The translations under genes were made by a program, and so were the position numbers. From positions 1 through 53,773 of the IMG/VR virus record IMGVR_UViG_3300020596_000028: 53,773 nt of DNA, one strand, 5' to 3'. The notes beneath the pieces were generated by a model. It was not told the DNA's origin. It saw only the letters and a list, made by a program, of their open reading frames with translations, and did no database searches. Below, piece after piece: positions 18,723 to 28,440 of the stretch. How positions within the stretch are numbered: the first letter of the stretch is position 1; each line of letters begins with the position of its first letter. Source of the DNA: a virus. Taxonomy: Duplodnaviria > Caudoviricetes.

Positions 18723-19442
18723 TTATACCCAATATTTCACGAGCGGATGATTTGGTCCAACTTCATTAGCCAAAACGACTTTCATCCCTCCTGGAAACTG
18801 TCTCAGCATCTGAGCAGTCCACAACTCACGAACAGCTAAAATGAGCTCACTCTTGTCCTTAGCAGCCTCAAGCATAATGAACTGGGTCAGAACTTGGAGC
18901 GGATCTTGCTTTAGTACGAGCATCAAATAAAAAGCTTGGCAGATTTCCCGGAAAAGATGTGGCTCAATGACAATTCCTTTGACGTTTGAACACCATTGCA
19001 TATGACAAACTACATGAGGCCATTTCCCAAACCATGACTTAAATGTTTTTTTATCTAACAATTTGAATTCGTCAGCCTTGACGTTTTTGAAAAACCATTT
19101 AAAAAATAAAAACCTTCTCACGTTTCCAGCATTCAAAATCATCCAAGACATTTTTGAATTCATTAATTGAGCAGCGTGAAATACTGCAATGTAGGTTTCT
19201 TTACTAGTATGACATAGATTTGAACCTGGTTTAGTGTTCAAAATTCCAGTTTTTTCAAAGCAACGAGAAACGATCTTTTCAAATTCTTCGAGGTCAGAAA
19301 CTTTAACTTCACCTCGTCTTACTAAAAGAATCACATACAAACTATAATAAAATAATCTGCGTTCAGTTGAGTGATAACGTTGAACTGGAAATACGAGCCC
19401 TTGTGCGTCTCTGAATTTCTCAATGTCATCTTTAAGTCTCAT
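18723..19442 (-). CDS. Helical protein, divergent paralog of 50610..51407
   Basis: Colinear similarity with the 265-aa ORF (DxxGL, RGE..SD, GxxN..P, W.G..P, PGG.K, HPL.KY); AT-rich. Confidence 0.75.
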   Translation of the reverse strand: MRLKDDIEKFRDAQGLVFPVQRYHSTERRLFYYSLYVILLVRRGEVKVSDLEEFEKIVSRCFEKTGILNTKPGSNLCHTSKETYIAVFHAAQLMNSKMSWMILNAGNVRRFLFFKWFFKNVKADEFKLLDKKTFKSWFGKWPHVVCHMQWCSNVKGIVIEPHLFREICQAFYLMLVLKQDPLQVLTQFIMLEAAKDKSELILAVRELWTAQMLRQFPGGMKVVLANEVGPNHPLVKYWV

Positions 19443-19509
19443 TTTTCTCCCGATACAAAAGTGAGCAAGTCAGGGGAATGAATTCAAATCATTCACTCCC
19501 CCGATCAAA

Positions 19510-22500
19510 CTAAATAGTTGATTTTGGAAAGACCGTATTCATCCCTTTCACATAAGATGGATCAAACGAGCTAGCGCGATCAAGCGTCAGCTTCAAACTC
19601 ATGTTGCTTCCATGAACGCCTGCAATCGTATGGTCCCACATGAATAAAAGATCATTGGAATCTACCACTGAAGTTGCCGTCTTGTTGCTTGAGGTTCCAA
19701 TTTGATCGAAGTTCGTTTGACTGGAAGGAGCCAGAATCGAGTTCTGACCCACTCTGTGCTCAGCCTTAATGCCGTTTCCAAAGTTAAACAAACTAATCAA
19801 CGGAGCTTGAGGGGCATAGTTTGCATTCACAAAAGTGGAAGCATCCCGAGCGATTCTGACGTAACCCAATTTTCCAATCCACTGAGTATCAATAGCTCGA
19901 GAATTACCATACGATCCTAATCCAACTCCAAGTGCAGGTCCGTTAGATGAAACAGCAATCGTATAACCTGCCGTCGTTTGAGAACTATAGGCACACTCGA
20001 CTCCATCCACGTAAAGACGAATCGTCGTTCCATCTCCAGTGACTTTCACTTTATACTTAGTCGCTAAAGAGAGAGTTAAGTTACTCGCTAAAGTGACCGT
20101 CGTCCCGTGAGCCCACCTGAGTTTTCCAGTGCCATCGGTTCCAAAGGTCCATCCGCTCGTTGTATCTGAACTGTGCTTATAACCCACAAAAATCGGCTGA
20201 GTGCTAAGAGTTGCAATCTTCACTTCACACTCAATCGCAAACTTTCTATTGACGCCAGACAAGCTCACAGGTTCGCCTGAGAGAAGAATTCCACCGTTGA
20301 TGAATTCAGTCGTACTGCTACCTGCAAAGTTCAGGGCTTTTCCTTCTTGGAAATCGACATCACTGACGAAGTTCGATGAACTGATTCCGCCTTGATAAGT
20401 GGAAGGCAACACCCAACCAGAACGATCTTCCGCTTTCGCAGCTGCGGTCACAGCTCCGGTAACCGTATCGAGTCTTGCACAATCGTCTGTCCCTAGGCCA
20501 ACATTGAACACTAGGTTGTCATCAAACACGTCGTAACCTTTTTGTTCAATGGCTCCGATCGTTGACATGGCTCCTGCATTGAATGTGAGAAGCCGAGTGT
20601 AGATGTGTCCAGTGGTTGGGAATGCATTCGCAGCAGTAGCAGCGCCAGGATTTTTTATTTTTCTCCAAGCTACTTGGGCTGTTCCTGTATCACCAAGAGC
20701 GACTGTACATTCAAAGTTATGACGATCTCTGCTTTCGAAATTTGCACTTGCTGGAGTTGCATTACCGCAATCATAAACATAGTCACCGTCAATTGCGAAA
20801 CAGTAATCAAGCGTAGCGTGACCGACCCACAGAGTAGAAATGCTGTCATAACGAACACGCTCTCCTGAACCATAAGAGTTACTGTTGCTACAAATTGCCT
20901 GTAGTAAGTTGACTCCATCGATTGGAAACGTAGGCTTCATCACGACAGCGTAGACCGTGCCGTTTGTGAGAGCAGTGGATGGAAAATTCCACATCAACCA
21001 TTGACCATTTGCACTCGTAGTGATCTTAGATGGATCGTACTGGTTGATTGCGGTAGCCAACACGGTCCCATTTGGAAGACCCCCTGTCGTCGCTTGAAGC
21101 TCCGCGGTGATTGTGTATCCAGCAGGAATAGCGCCTTGCTGATAAACTCGAAACATCGCTGTTCTAATTCGAGTCAAACCAGCCGTTGCAGTAAACGTTT
21201 GACCGTGCCAAGAATCACTCGTATGTGATCGGATCGCGTTCGTATTATTGTTGGTGTACTGAGTGATCTGAGGCCCTACAAAGTTTGAGGCATCTAAGAT
21301 TTCAAACAATGTTGCTCTTTCACATCCGTCTGGATGCTGAATTTCAGTGATCATTAAAGCATGAAGTTCATTATTTGGATCAATAACAATACGATTCCTG
21401 ATTTGCTTGTAGTAGTTTTCATGATTCGTTGAAGTAGAAGTGTAGTTACCTTGATAATTAGATGGAGTTAAACCGCTTCCACCTATAGAGCTGATCAGAG
21501 TCTTGATAGAACCGAAGGTGGTCGCTGAAATTAAGTCTTGATGGAACTCTAAAGCATCAGTGGTGAGATTTCTTTCAAAGTGATACTTGCGAGTTGATCC
21601 AGCTTTAAGACCTAGCGTCCTGAAGTTATTGGTCGAGAGAGTAGCTCCATCGGTAGAAGCAGGGCTAGTCGTTCCTTGGTTATAAACGTGGTATGAGTTC
21701 GCTGATCCAGTGTTGATCATCAAGTGCGTTTTATGTGTAGTGCTTGATCCAGTAACTTGAAGATCGTAAGGTTGTTGGTAAGTAGTTCCAGATATGGAAG
21801 ATGATAGGGCACTATGAGTAGCTCCACCGGCAGTATACCAACGGATATACATCTCATTTCCAGTTGATTTACCGCTAACTGCTACAAAACTAAGATCGGT
21901 TAAATCACCATGGACTTGGCCAAACCATGAATTACCTGGGGAAGTATTCTGAAAGATGAATGCAGCACTGGCACCTTCGGAATTTGCAGCATCAACTCCG
22001 GTGGCCACAGAAGCGCTCAACGTAGGACTTCCTACCGAAAGATCGCTGTATTTACCTTTAACTTTGTATCCACCGGCTCCTGTGAGTGGACTCCAAATGG
22101 AAAAACATTTCCCGTTGTCCGCAACGATGGAGGAGGCTGGATTATTAAAGTACTGAGGCAAGAAAAGATTGAGCTCGTCATCTCCGCCAAGCCCCATTAA
22201 CTCTTGAACGCCAAAATCAGTCCAATTTGATCCTCTGTTTTTCGTGTACAACCAACGAAACCCTACATCGCTACTGATCTTAGTCGCTACAAGGAGGAGT
22301 CCATAAGTTCCGTTCGGGGAGAAAAAAATGTTTGATTTAAAGATCGTTCCCGCAACAGATCCAGATACTTGAAATCCACTGACTCCCAAAGATCCCAATA
22401 AGCTGATCGTTTCAAGTCCCTGAGCATCTGTGATTTTAACTTGCTCATAGGATCCTGAAGTTTTTGATTTCACTTCACACTTATGGTTAAAAGGCATCAC

Positions 22501-23226
22501 TCGCAAGTTCGTAAAATAAGAGCTCGATGAAAGATCCATATCGAGATCTAAAGAATTTGGATTCAATAAAACTAGAGTAGTCTCATCCGCTACTGAATCG
22601 TAACTCACTGAATCGATTTCGAGTTGAGCGACATTATTATCTACGTTCACTAGAAATAAATGAACATCACTTCCGTCGCTCGTGGTTTTTGTAGCGATGA
22701 TGACGTTCTTTCCTACACTAAAATAGCCTGTCACATCTCCGTTAAAGATAATCGTATTTGAAGAGATGGCAGTATTCTTAGGCGCTAAAGCTTGAAGCGC
22801 CATGATCATAATGCCTTTTGATCCGCTGAGTCTCACTGAAACAGTTTTCAATCTCTCGTAAGATCCATTAAGGCTGGATCCAGAAAACTTAAGAGCACTT
22901 AGATCTTGAATGAGGTTGGTTTTCGTTCCCTTTTCAGTGTCGTCAAAGTCATCGATCAGCTGATTAATAATAGGGGAATTCAATAGATCCAGTTCATCTA
23001 ATCTGAGTTCGTCATACAATTGATTGGTGTCGGTTCCACTTCTTGAGCTACTTCCGCCACCGCTGCCTGTGTTCGTATCCAAATCAGACCATGCATTTGC
23101 CTCGTATTTTCTGAATTTATTTAACGGACCATCGTAGTAGATGGCTCCGTTAACAGGATCTGAAGGAGGTCCTGCTTGAGAGGTGAACACAATACCGCGA
23201 TCAATTTTATAAAACTTCTTACTCAT
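19510..23226 (-). CDS. Large tail fibre/receptor-binding protein with C-terminal LamG-like domain
   Basis: Ser/Thr/Gly-rich, 1238 aa; LamG-like segment FAIECEVK...IRLYVDGV...WIGKLGYVRI; N-terminal anchor shared with 23322..24491. Confidence 0.75.
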   Translation of the reverse strand: MSKKFYKIDRGIVFTSQAGPPSDPVNGAIYYDGPLNKFRKYEANAWSDLDTNTGSGGGSSSRSGTDTNQLYDELRLDELDLLNSPIINQLIDDFDDTEKGTKTNLIQDLSALKFSGSSLNGSYERLKTVSVRLSGSKGIMIMALQALAPKNTAISSNTIIFNGDVTGYFSVGKNVIIATKTTSDGSDVHLFLVNVDNNVAQLEIDSVSYDSVADETTLVLLNPNSLDLDMDLSSSSYFTNLRVMPFNHKCEVKSKTSGSYEQVKITDAQGLETISLLGSLGVSGFQVSGSVAGTIFKSNIFFSPNGTYGLLLVATKISSDVGFRWLYTKNRGSNWTDFGVQELMGLGGDDELNLFLPQYFNNPASSIVADNGKCFSIWSPLTGAGGYKVKGKYSDLSVGSPTLSASVATGVDAANSEGASAAFIFQNTSPGNSWFGQVHGDLTDLSFVAVSGKSTGNEMYIRWYTAGGATHSALSSSISGTTYQQPYDLQVTGSSTTHKTHLMINTGSANSYHVYNQGTTSPASTDGATLSTNNFRTLGLKAGSTRKYHFERNLTTDALEFHQDLISATTFGSIKTLISSIGGSGLTPSNYQGNYTSTSTNHENYYKQIRNRIVIDPNNELHALMITEIQHPDGCERATLFEILDASNFVGPQITQYTNNNTNAIRSHTSDSWHGQTFTATAGLTRIRTAMFRVYQQGAIPAGYTITAELQATTGGLPNGTVLATAINQYDPSKITTSANGQWLMWNFPSTALTNGTVYAVVMKPTFPIDGVNLLQAICSNSNSYGSGERVRYDSISTLWVGHATLDYCFAIDGDYVYDCGNATPASANFESRDRHNFECTVALGDTGTAQVAWRKIKNPGAATAANAFPTTGHIYTRLLTFNAGAMSTIGAIEQKGYDVFDDNLVFNVGLGTDDCARLDTVTGAVTAAAKAEDRSGWVLPSTYQGGISSSNFVSDVDFQEGKALNFAGSSTTEFINGGILLSGEPVSLSGVNRKFAIECEVKIATLSTQPIFVGYKHSSDTTSGWTFGTDGTGKLRWAHGTTVTLASNLTLSLATKYKVKVTGDGTTIRLYVDGVECAYSSQTTAGYTIAVSSNGPALGVGLGSYGNSRAIDTQWIGKLGYVRIARDASTFVNANYAPQAPLISLFNFGNGIKAEHRVGQNSILAPSSQTNFDQIGTSSNKTATSVVDSNDLLFMWDHTIAGVHGSNMSLKLTLDRASSFDPSYVKGMNTVFPKSTI

Positions 23227-23321
23227 TTTAGATCACTTTCCCTAAAATTAGTTTTTTCAAACTTCAATTTTAAATTAGGGTGGAGTGAATTTCGAGTTCA
23301 CCACACCCAGTTCATACTACC

Positions 23322-24491
23322 TTAAGCAATGGCTTTGAATCGTTTCACGTCTGCACGCATGGTCTTTGCGCCAGCTCCCGTGGTGTATTTCACTTCCACG
23401 TTCGCTCCGTTGATCGCAGCATCCCAAGACACGCCAACGTCGCCAGTCTCACCGTGACGATCGTTGATCGAGATATCGGTTCCATTGGTTCCGATTTCTA
23501 ACGTTCCTTTTCGGACTCGACCTGTCGTTGCGTCTTTAATCAAGTAACCAATCTCAACGCCTTCGAATGAAGCGTGAGCAAAGGTGAAGCCTGCTAGCAC
23601 GGTGTCTGTCTGACTGGCTAGCAAGGAGAGCGAGTGCATGTACTCTTGCTCAAGAAAGTCCGTTGGAGAAGCGACAGCTCCACGTTTAAAAGTTCCAAGA
23701 ACAGCTTGGCCGTTTAAATCGAGGTTGCCACCTAGCTGAGGTGTCGTGTCTTCAACGACGTTCGCAAGCTTAAGTGCAATAGCATCGAACACAGCATTCT
23801 GAGAAGGTGCTACGTCTGTGACTCCGTTTGTGATGGAATCAGCCACCGTGGCAGCTTTAGCAGCAGCAGCGGTGAAGTACAGATTCGTACCTTCAGCAAT
23901 GTTTGTGGTCGTAAGAGAAACGGTTCCAGTCTGACCGTTGACTGAAATGACCGCACCTGCGGCCGTGAGTTCAAGCCATGCAGATCCGTCGTAGATAAAT
24001 GTTTTCCCAGTACCGGTAACAATCGCAACGTCGCCTTCTTGAACTGTGAGAGCATCGCGAGCCGTGTTATCTGCTACGACGTTCACATCCACTAATGAGA
24101 TCGGAGGAATCTGAGCCGATGGAATTTTTGAGTCTGCACCTAAAGTTGCTACACCGTTTGCGGCACCTTTTTCAGTGGACTGAATCGCAGAAGCAACGAG
24201 ACCTAAGTCCACGTTAGTGTCAGGCATCGTTACCGTGCGGGTGGTACCCGTAGCGATTGAAGCTGCACTGAACGCGATCTTTTTAGTTTGGTCAGTCGCA
24301 TCTAAGATGCGGAAAATCGTTGCGAGAACTTCACTTGAAGCAACTTCAGAAACCGCGCCGGCTTCGTACTTCTTAAATTTTCCATCCGTAGAATTGTACC
24401 AGATCAAACCATTAGAAGGAGATGCTGGATCAGCAGCAACACTTCCGATTTTAATTGGACCACCAAAGTTCTGAATCTTATTATTTGCCAT
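23322..24491 (-). CDS. Tail fibre-like structural protein (389 aa)
   Basis: Fibre motifs KGAANGVATL, VISVNGQTGTVSL, EGTNLYFT and DTTPQLGGNLDLNG. Confidence 0.75.
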   Translation of the reverse strand: MANNKIQNFGGPIKIGSVAADPASPSNGLIWYNSTDGKFKKYEAGAVSEVASSEVLATIFRILDATDQTKKIAFSAASIATGTTRTVTMPDTNVDLGLVASAIQSTEKGAANGVATLGADSKIPSAQIPPISLVDVNVVADNTARDALTVQEGDVAIVTGTGKTFIYDGSAWLELTAAGAVISVNGQTGTVSLTTTNIAEGTNLYFTAAAAKAATVADSITNGVTDVAPSQNAVFDAIALKLANVVEDTTPQLGGNLDLNGQAVLGTFKRGAVASPTDFLEQEYMHSLSLLASQTDTVLAGFTFAHASFEGVEIGYLIKDATTGRVRKGTLEIGTNGTDISINDRHGETGDVGVSWDAAINGANVEVKYTTGAGAKTMRADVKRFKAIA

Positions 24492-24509
24492 GACTTTCTC
24501 CTATAAAAG

Positions 24510-24520
24510 TATATACACCG
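24510..24520 (-). promoter_or_regulatory. Candidate late promoter CGGTGTATATA
   Basis: Matches the motif upstream of the protease, capsid and portal operons. Confidence 0.5.
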
Positions 24521-24526
24521 AATTAT

Positions 24527-27500
24527 TTAAGCCCATCGTTGGAGCCAGTATTTAAACTGTGCATTGAATCCCGTCGAAGTGCTCGAATAAGTAACCACCA
24601 CATTCCCACCTGAGATCGATGCATCAAACGTGATGCCTAAATCTATCAATTGATCCGCCTTAAAGAAGGCTACCGAACAGTTCACATTCACGCCGTCGTT
24701 CACGAGATTCATCACCCCTTGTTCACGCTTCCCATCTCGCACTAAGGAGAAGTGAATGATGATATGAGGGTACTGAGTTGCGTTTAAAACTAAGAGTGAA
24801 ACATCGGTTGAGTTGTCGATCAGCACAAAGGCGCTAGAAAGTCCCTTGAATTCAAGACCATTCAACGTCAAAACTTTTGAAACTGAATCCCAAGTGAACG
24901 AAGAATCTGTAGATAAAAGATCACTGGAATTAAATTGAATTTCGCCGTTCGATCCAGCTGCCTGAAGTGATCCACTCGATCCGGTTGAGTAGCTGGGGAT
25001 TCCGCCAGGACCTCCTGCTGCATCACTCCATCGAGAAACGAAATACTTCATCGTTCCTGAAGTCCCTGTGGACTCAGATTCGTACTCAAGAACTAAGTCA
25101 TCTCCGTCTAAGTACGCATCGAAAGTAACTTGAATGTCCGTGATCACTGCACCGGCACGAACTAAAGTCACATCTGATCCGTTAGTTGAGATCAGGAGTT
25201 GCATGATTTCTTTCGCAGTACCTCGCAGTACAGAAAGATTGACAATCATGTTTTCACTGCCTGAAGAAGTCACTCGGAACACTTCGCCGGTTGAGTTGTC
25301 CGTGATGTCGCAGGTTTTTAGGGAACTCATTTCCCAGTAATCGCCTACGTTAAAGTATCTCACCGTATCGTTGATTTTAAATTCAGTTCCATCAAACACG
25401 GCAAGCTGGCCTGCGAATGCAATTCCTTTTTCTATGCGAACCGAATCCCCAATCCCGGGATCGGTTCCGTCTGGATAGTCAGCGACCTCAGTCCAGATAA
25501 TACTTGAGCCTACGCCACTAGATTCATAGATGCGGTTATTGAACGCAAATAAAACTCGGTCTTCGTTCGCCACTGCAACGCCATCAAACGTCGCAGCTGA
25601 ACCTGTCGGAATCACGGTTGCAAAGGGATCGTAAAAGGTGACTTGAATCGTGCCACCGTCGCCGCCGCCTTCACCAATTCGAGCTGCCTTATTATTTCTG
25701 ACTAACGTGTTGTCAAAAAAGATCAGTGAATCGCCGATACGAGTTGCAATTCGAAACGCATTCACCGTGCTAGGAACGAGTGAAGCCACGACTGGAATTA
25801 AGTTCACGTTGGCTTGCTGATTGAGTAAAACGTAAATACTATCGCCATCGGCAACTGGACCGATGGGAGAATTTGCAGCCGTTACCGTATTCACGATGCC
25901 GGTGTCGTTGAAACGAATCTTGATGTCCGTCGTGAACGAAAGACTTGTAGCTTGCCAGAACACTTTTTTATCGTCCACAGTGGCAACCGTGATGCGTCCA
26001 TCAGCAATTAAATAATTGATGTACTGCTGAACGTTCGCAACCGGAGAGCCTGAAAGGTTCGTATCGGCATTTAAATCATCCAGTGAAAGAATGCCGCCCA
26101 CTTCAGAGTTGCCTCTTAAGTACGCACCACTCAAGGCCACCAAACGATCCAGGAGAAGCTTGCCTGATCCTTCAAAAAAGTTATCTGCATCTGTCAACTC
26201 TTCAACGTTCAGTCCGTAGTGAAGAGCGCCGATGCCTGAATTTAAATAGCGCCGAGAGGTTGGGCAGCTTTGAGGTTCAGTCGAGAGTCCGACAATGGAC
26301 ACCGTGACTAAATCCGTCACCGCACTCACCGCAACTAACGCATCGTATAAGTCTTGAGCCGTGCTGAGACCGGATTGGAAACCCACTTTGATATGCCGTC
26401 CGGTAACAGTAACGATTTCTGATCCCGGAGCTCCGACTGAATCCTGGCCGCCTGTGAGAAACGTTTGGGCATACGGAGCACTTTGAGGAGCTGAACCTGT
26501 GCCGGTGATCGTGGTGTTAATTAAAGCCGCTGCTCCCACGTGAGCATCTAAAGCCGCTTTCACTTGAGTGGCAGTTGAGACTCCGCCTTCTAGCGTTACG
26601 CTAATGGCATTTCCTACAACGCTCACCACTTCGTTTCCAGCGTCGCCGATAGCTTCAGCTCCACCAGACAAGGTCACAGGCCCTGCTGGAGCCGTCTGGG
26701 TGCCTGTGCCGGCATCTAACGAGTAGGCATTGATGAGAGCTGAAGCTCCAACGTGCGCATTGATGGCAGTCTTAATTTGGTTGGCCGTTGTGACGCCGCT
26801 TTGTATCTGAACGCTGATCGCTGTGCCGATCACACTCACCACAGGAGTTGAGGTCGGAGCGCCGGTCGTGAACGCCACCGTGATGCCGTTTCCAGCAATC
26901 CCAATCGTATCGGCAATGAACCCTAAGTCTTGAAGTGTCGCTGAAGCGTATACGCCTGGAGTCCAATCCAGGTATTGCAAACTAATTAAGTTGCCTGCTA
27001 CGCCAGCCGTATCCGCTTGGAACGTGAGGTTTTGAATCAGGGATGAAGCTTTAATAGGAACAGCCGTGTCTTCGTACTGAACCGAAATTGTGTTGCCGTC
27101 TTCTTCAGTCAGCACGCTCACAAACTCGAGCTCTTGAACGGTGAGCCGAGCTAGACGAGCAGTTGAAGTGAACCGAAAATTATGATCTCCTGCGACCGTT
27201 CCCGCAACGCCTGCTCCGAAGTTTTTCTGCGGCTGTTCGTCGTAAGAGTCAATGTTCGTTTGATTAACATCCGTGCCTTGAGCGACTTCAAATTCAAACG
27301 TATCACCGATCTCAAAAGCCGTGGGGCCTTGATTGAGGGTGATAAATATTTTTTGGTCTTCGTCTATGTACTGTTGACCGACAATCGCAACCCCAATCGG
27401 TCCATCTAAAGCTCCGATGACTTGGAAGGTTGTAAAGGGTGCAACTGAGACACAGATCACCGTATAGAGTTGATTGATCGTGAAGTGGGTGAGTCGATTG

Positions 27501-27586
27501 ACCGTGAGAGTTCCATCGCCAACCGCTCCACTGAGAAGCACGGGAGCACTTAAGACGTATGGATCTTTAAAAACAGATTGGCTCAT
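24527..27586 (-). CDS. Virion structural/fibre protein (1019 aa) with three nested insertion domains
   Basis: Nested repeat domain at 26234..27160; duplicated C-terminal beta domain; fibre motif AAGSNGEIQFN. Confidence 0.75.
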   Translation of the reverse strand: MSQSVFKDPYVLSAPVLLSGAVGDGTLTVNRLTHFTINQLYTVICVSVAPFTTFQVIGALDGPIGVAIVGQQYIDEDQKIFITLNQGPTAFEIGDTFEFEVAQGTDVNQTNIDSYDEQPQKNFGAGVAGTVAGDHNFRFTSTARLARLTVQELEFVSVLTEEDGNTISVQYEDTAVPIKASSLIQNLTFQADTAGVAGNLISLQYLDWTPGVYASATLQDLGFIADTIGIAGNGITVAFTTGAPTSTPVVSVIGTAISVQIQSGVTTANQIKTAINAHVGASALINAYSLDAGTGTQTAPAGPVTLSGGAEAIGDAGNEVVSVVGNAISVTLEGGVSTATQVKAALDAHVGAAALINTTITGTGSAPQSAPYAQTFLTGGQDSVGAPGSEIVTVTGRHIKVGFQSGLSTAQDLYDALVAVSAVTDLVTVSIVGLSTEPQSCPTSRRYLNSGIGALHYGLNVEELTDADNFFEGSGKLLLDRLVALSGAYLRGNSEVGGILSLDDLNADTNLSGSPVANVQQYINYLIADGRITVATVDDKKVFWQATSLSFTTDIKIRFNDTGIVNTVTAANSPIGPVADGDSIYVLLNQQANVNLIPVVASLVPSTVNAFRIATRIGDSLIFFDNTLVRNNKAARIGEGGGDGGTIQVTFYDPFATVIPTGSAATFDGVAVANEDRVLFAFNNRIYESSGVGSSIIWTEVADYPDGTDPGIGDSVRIEKGIAFAGQLAVFDGTEFKINDTVRYFNVGDYWEMSSLKTCDITDNSTGEVFRVTSSGSENMIVNLSVLRGTAKEIMQLLISTNGSDVTLVRAGAVITDIQVTFDAYLDGDDLVLEYESESTGTSGTMKYFVSRWSDAAGGPGGIPSYSTGSSGSLQAAGSNGEIQFNSSDLLSTDSSFTWDSVSKVLTLNGLEFKGLSSAFVLIDNSTDVSLLVLNATQYPHIIIHFSLVRDGKREQGVMNLVNDGVNVNCSVAFFKADQLIDLGITFDASISGGNVVVTYSSTSTGFNAQFKYWLQRWA

Positions 27587-27624
27587 AGTTTAGTTCTCTC
27601 AGCTCTCTATGTGTTTTTACTTCG

Positions 27625-28440
27625 TTAGAACATCTCTGTGATGCTTAAGCTCATAGTGACGTAACGATTGAGGGTGAACTGTTCATCTGGAACGTCATCG
27701 AACTGACCCCAGAGACTACAAAATGATGGATCATAACGGTCAATAATTACTAAGAACGGTCTCGAAGATCCCACATGATCAAACATCTCTCGAAGTGCCA
27801 CGAAGTTTTCAACTCCATCCGCTTCAGCCACAGACGTTCTTAACTTCTGGAACTTCGCTTTCAGGGTTCTCACTTTTACTTTTTCAGTCGCAACTCGAAA
27901 GAAGCCTTCCGTCTTCACCAGCTCAGCCATGTCTTTATTGGCGATCACAAAGTCATCAGTGATGTCTTCGTTGGCAGTTAAGGTGACAGCTCGGCCTCCT
28001 ACTATTCTACCAATCTGAACGTAACCACACGGATTAGCTGTGTCTAAAATTCTCAATCGATAATGCGAATACGTGCTTCCAAACGTTTGCGTAAGAACCA
28101 TGTTTCCCTTCGACCAAGGAATCGTGAGACTCACCGGAGGAGCTAGCCAGTTGTCTGAAATATTTGCTTGAATTTTCACGACCGCAGTCGGTGAAAAATT
28201 GTGTCCTAAGATCGCAAACGTATCAATGTTTGAAGCTTGATCGGCTTCAATCACAATGTCCTGAGAAGCTAAAACGTTTGCACTTCTCCATACATGCCGA
28301 ATGGATTCAGTGGTGAGGTTGGATTTATCAAAGTCTCCGTCAGCAGTTGAAGTGACTGATAAAATCTTAGAGCCAGGCATAAGGTAATCACGATTGCCAA
28401 GATCGAAGTAATGGAGAAAACTAATTCCTTCAGCACTCAT
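27625..28440 (-). CDS. Distal tail-like protein
   Basis: Immediately downstream of the TMP; AILGHNF...YRLRILD..NP.GYVQIGRI pattern. Confidence 0.65.
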   Translation of the reverse strand: MSAEGISFLHYFDLGNRDYLMPGSKILSVTSTADGDFDKSNLTTESIRHVWRSANVLASQDIVIEADQASNIDTFAILGHNFSPTAVVKIQANISDNWLAPPVSLTIPWSKGNMVLTQTFGSTYSHYRLRILDTANPCGYVQIGRIVGGRAVTLTANEDITDDFVIANKDMAELVKTEGFFRVATEKVKVRTLKAKFQKLRTSVAEADGVENFVALREMFDHVGSSRPFLVIIDRYDPSFCSLWGQFDDVPDEQFTLNRYVTMSLSITEMF

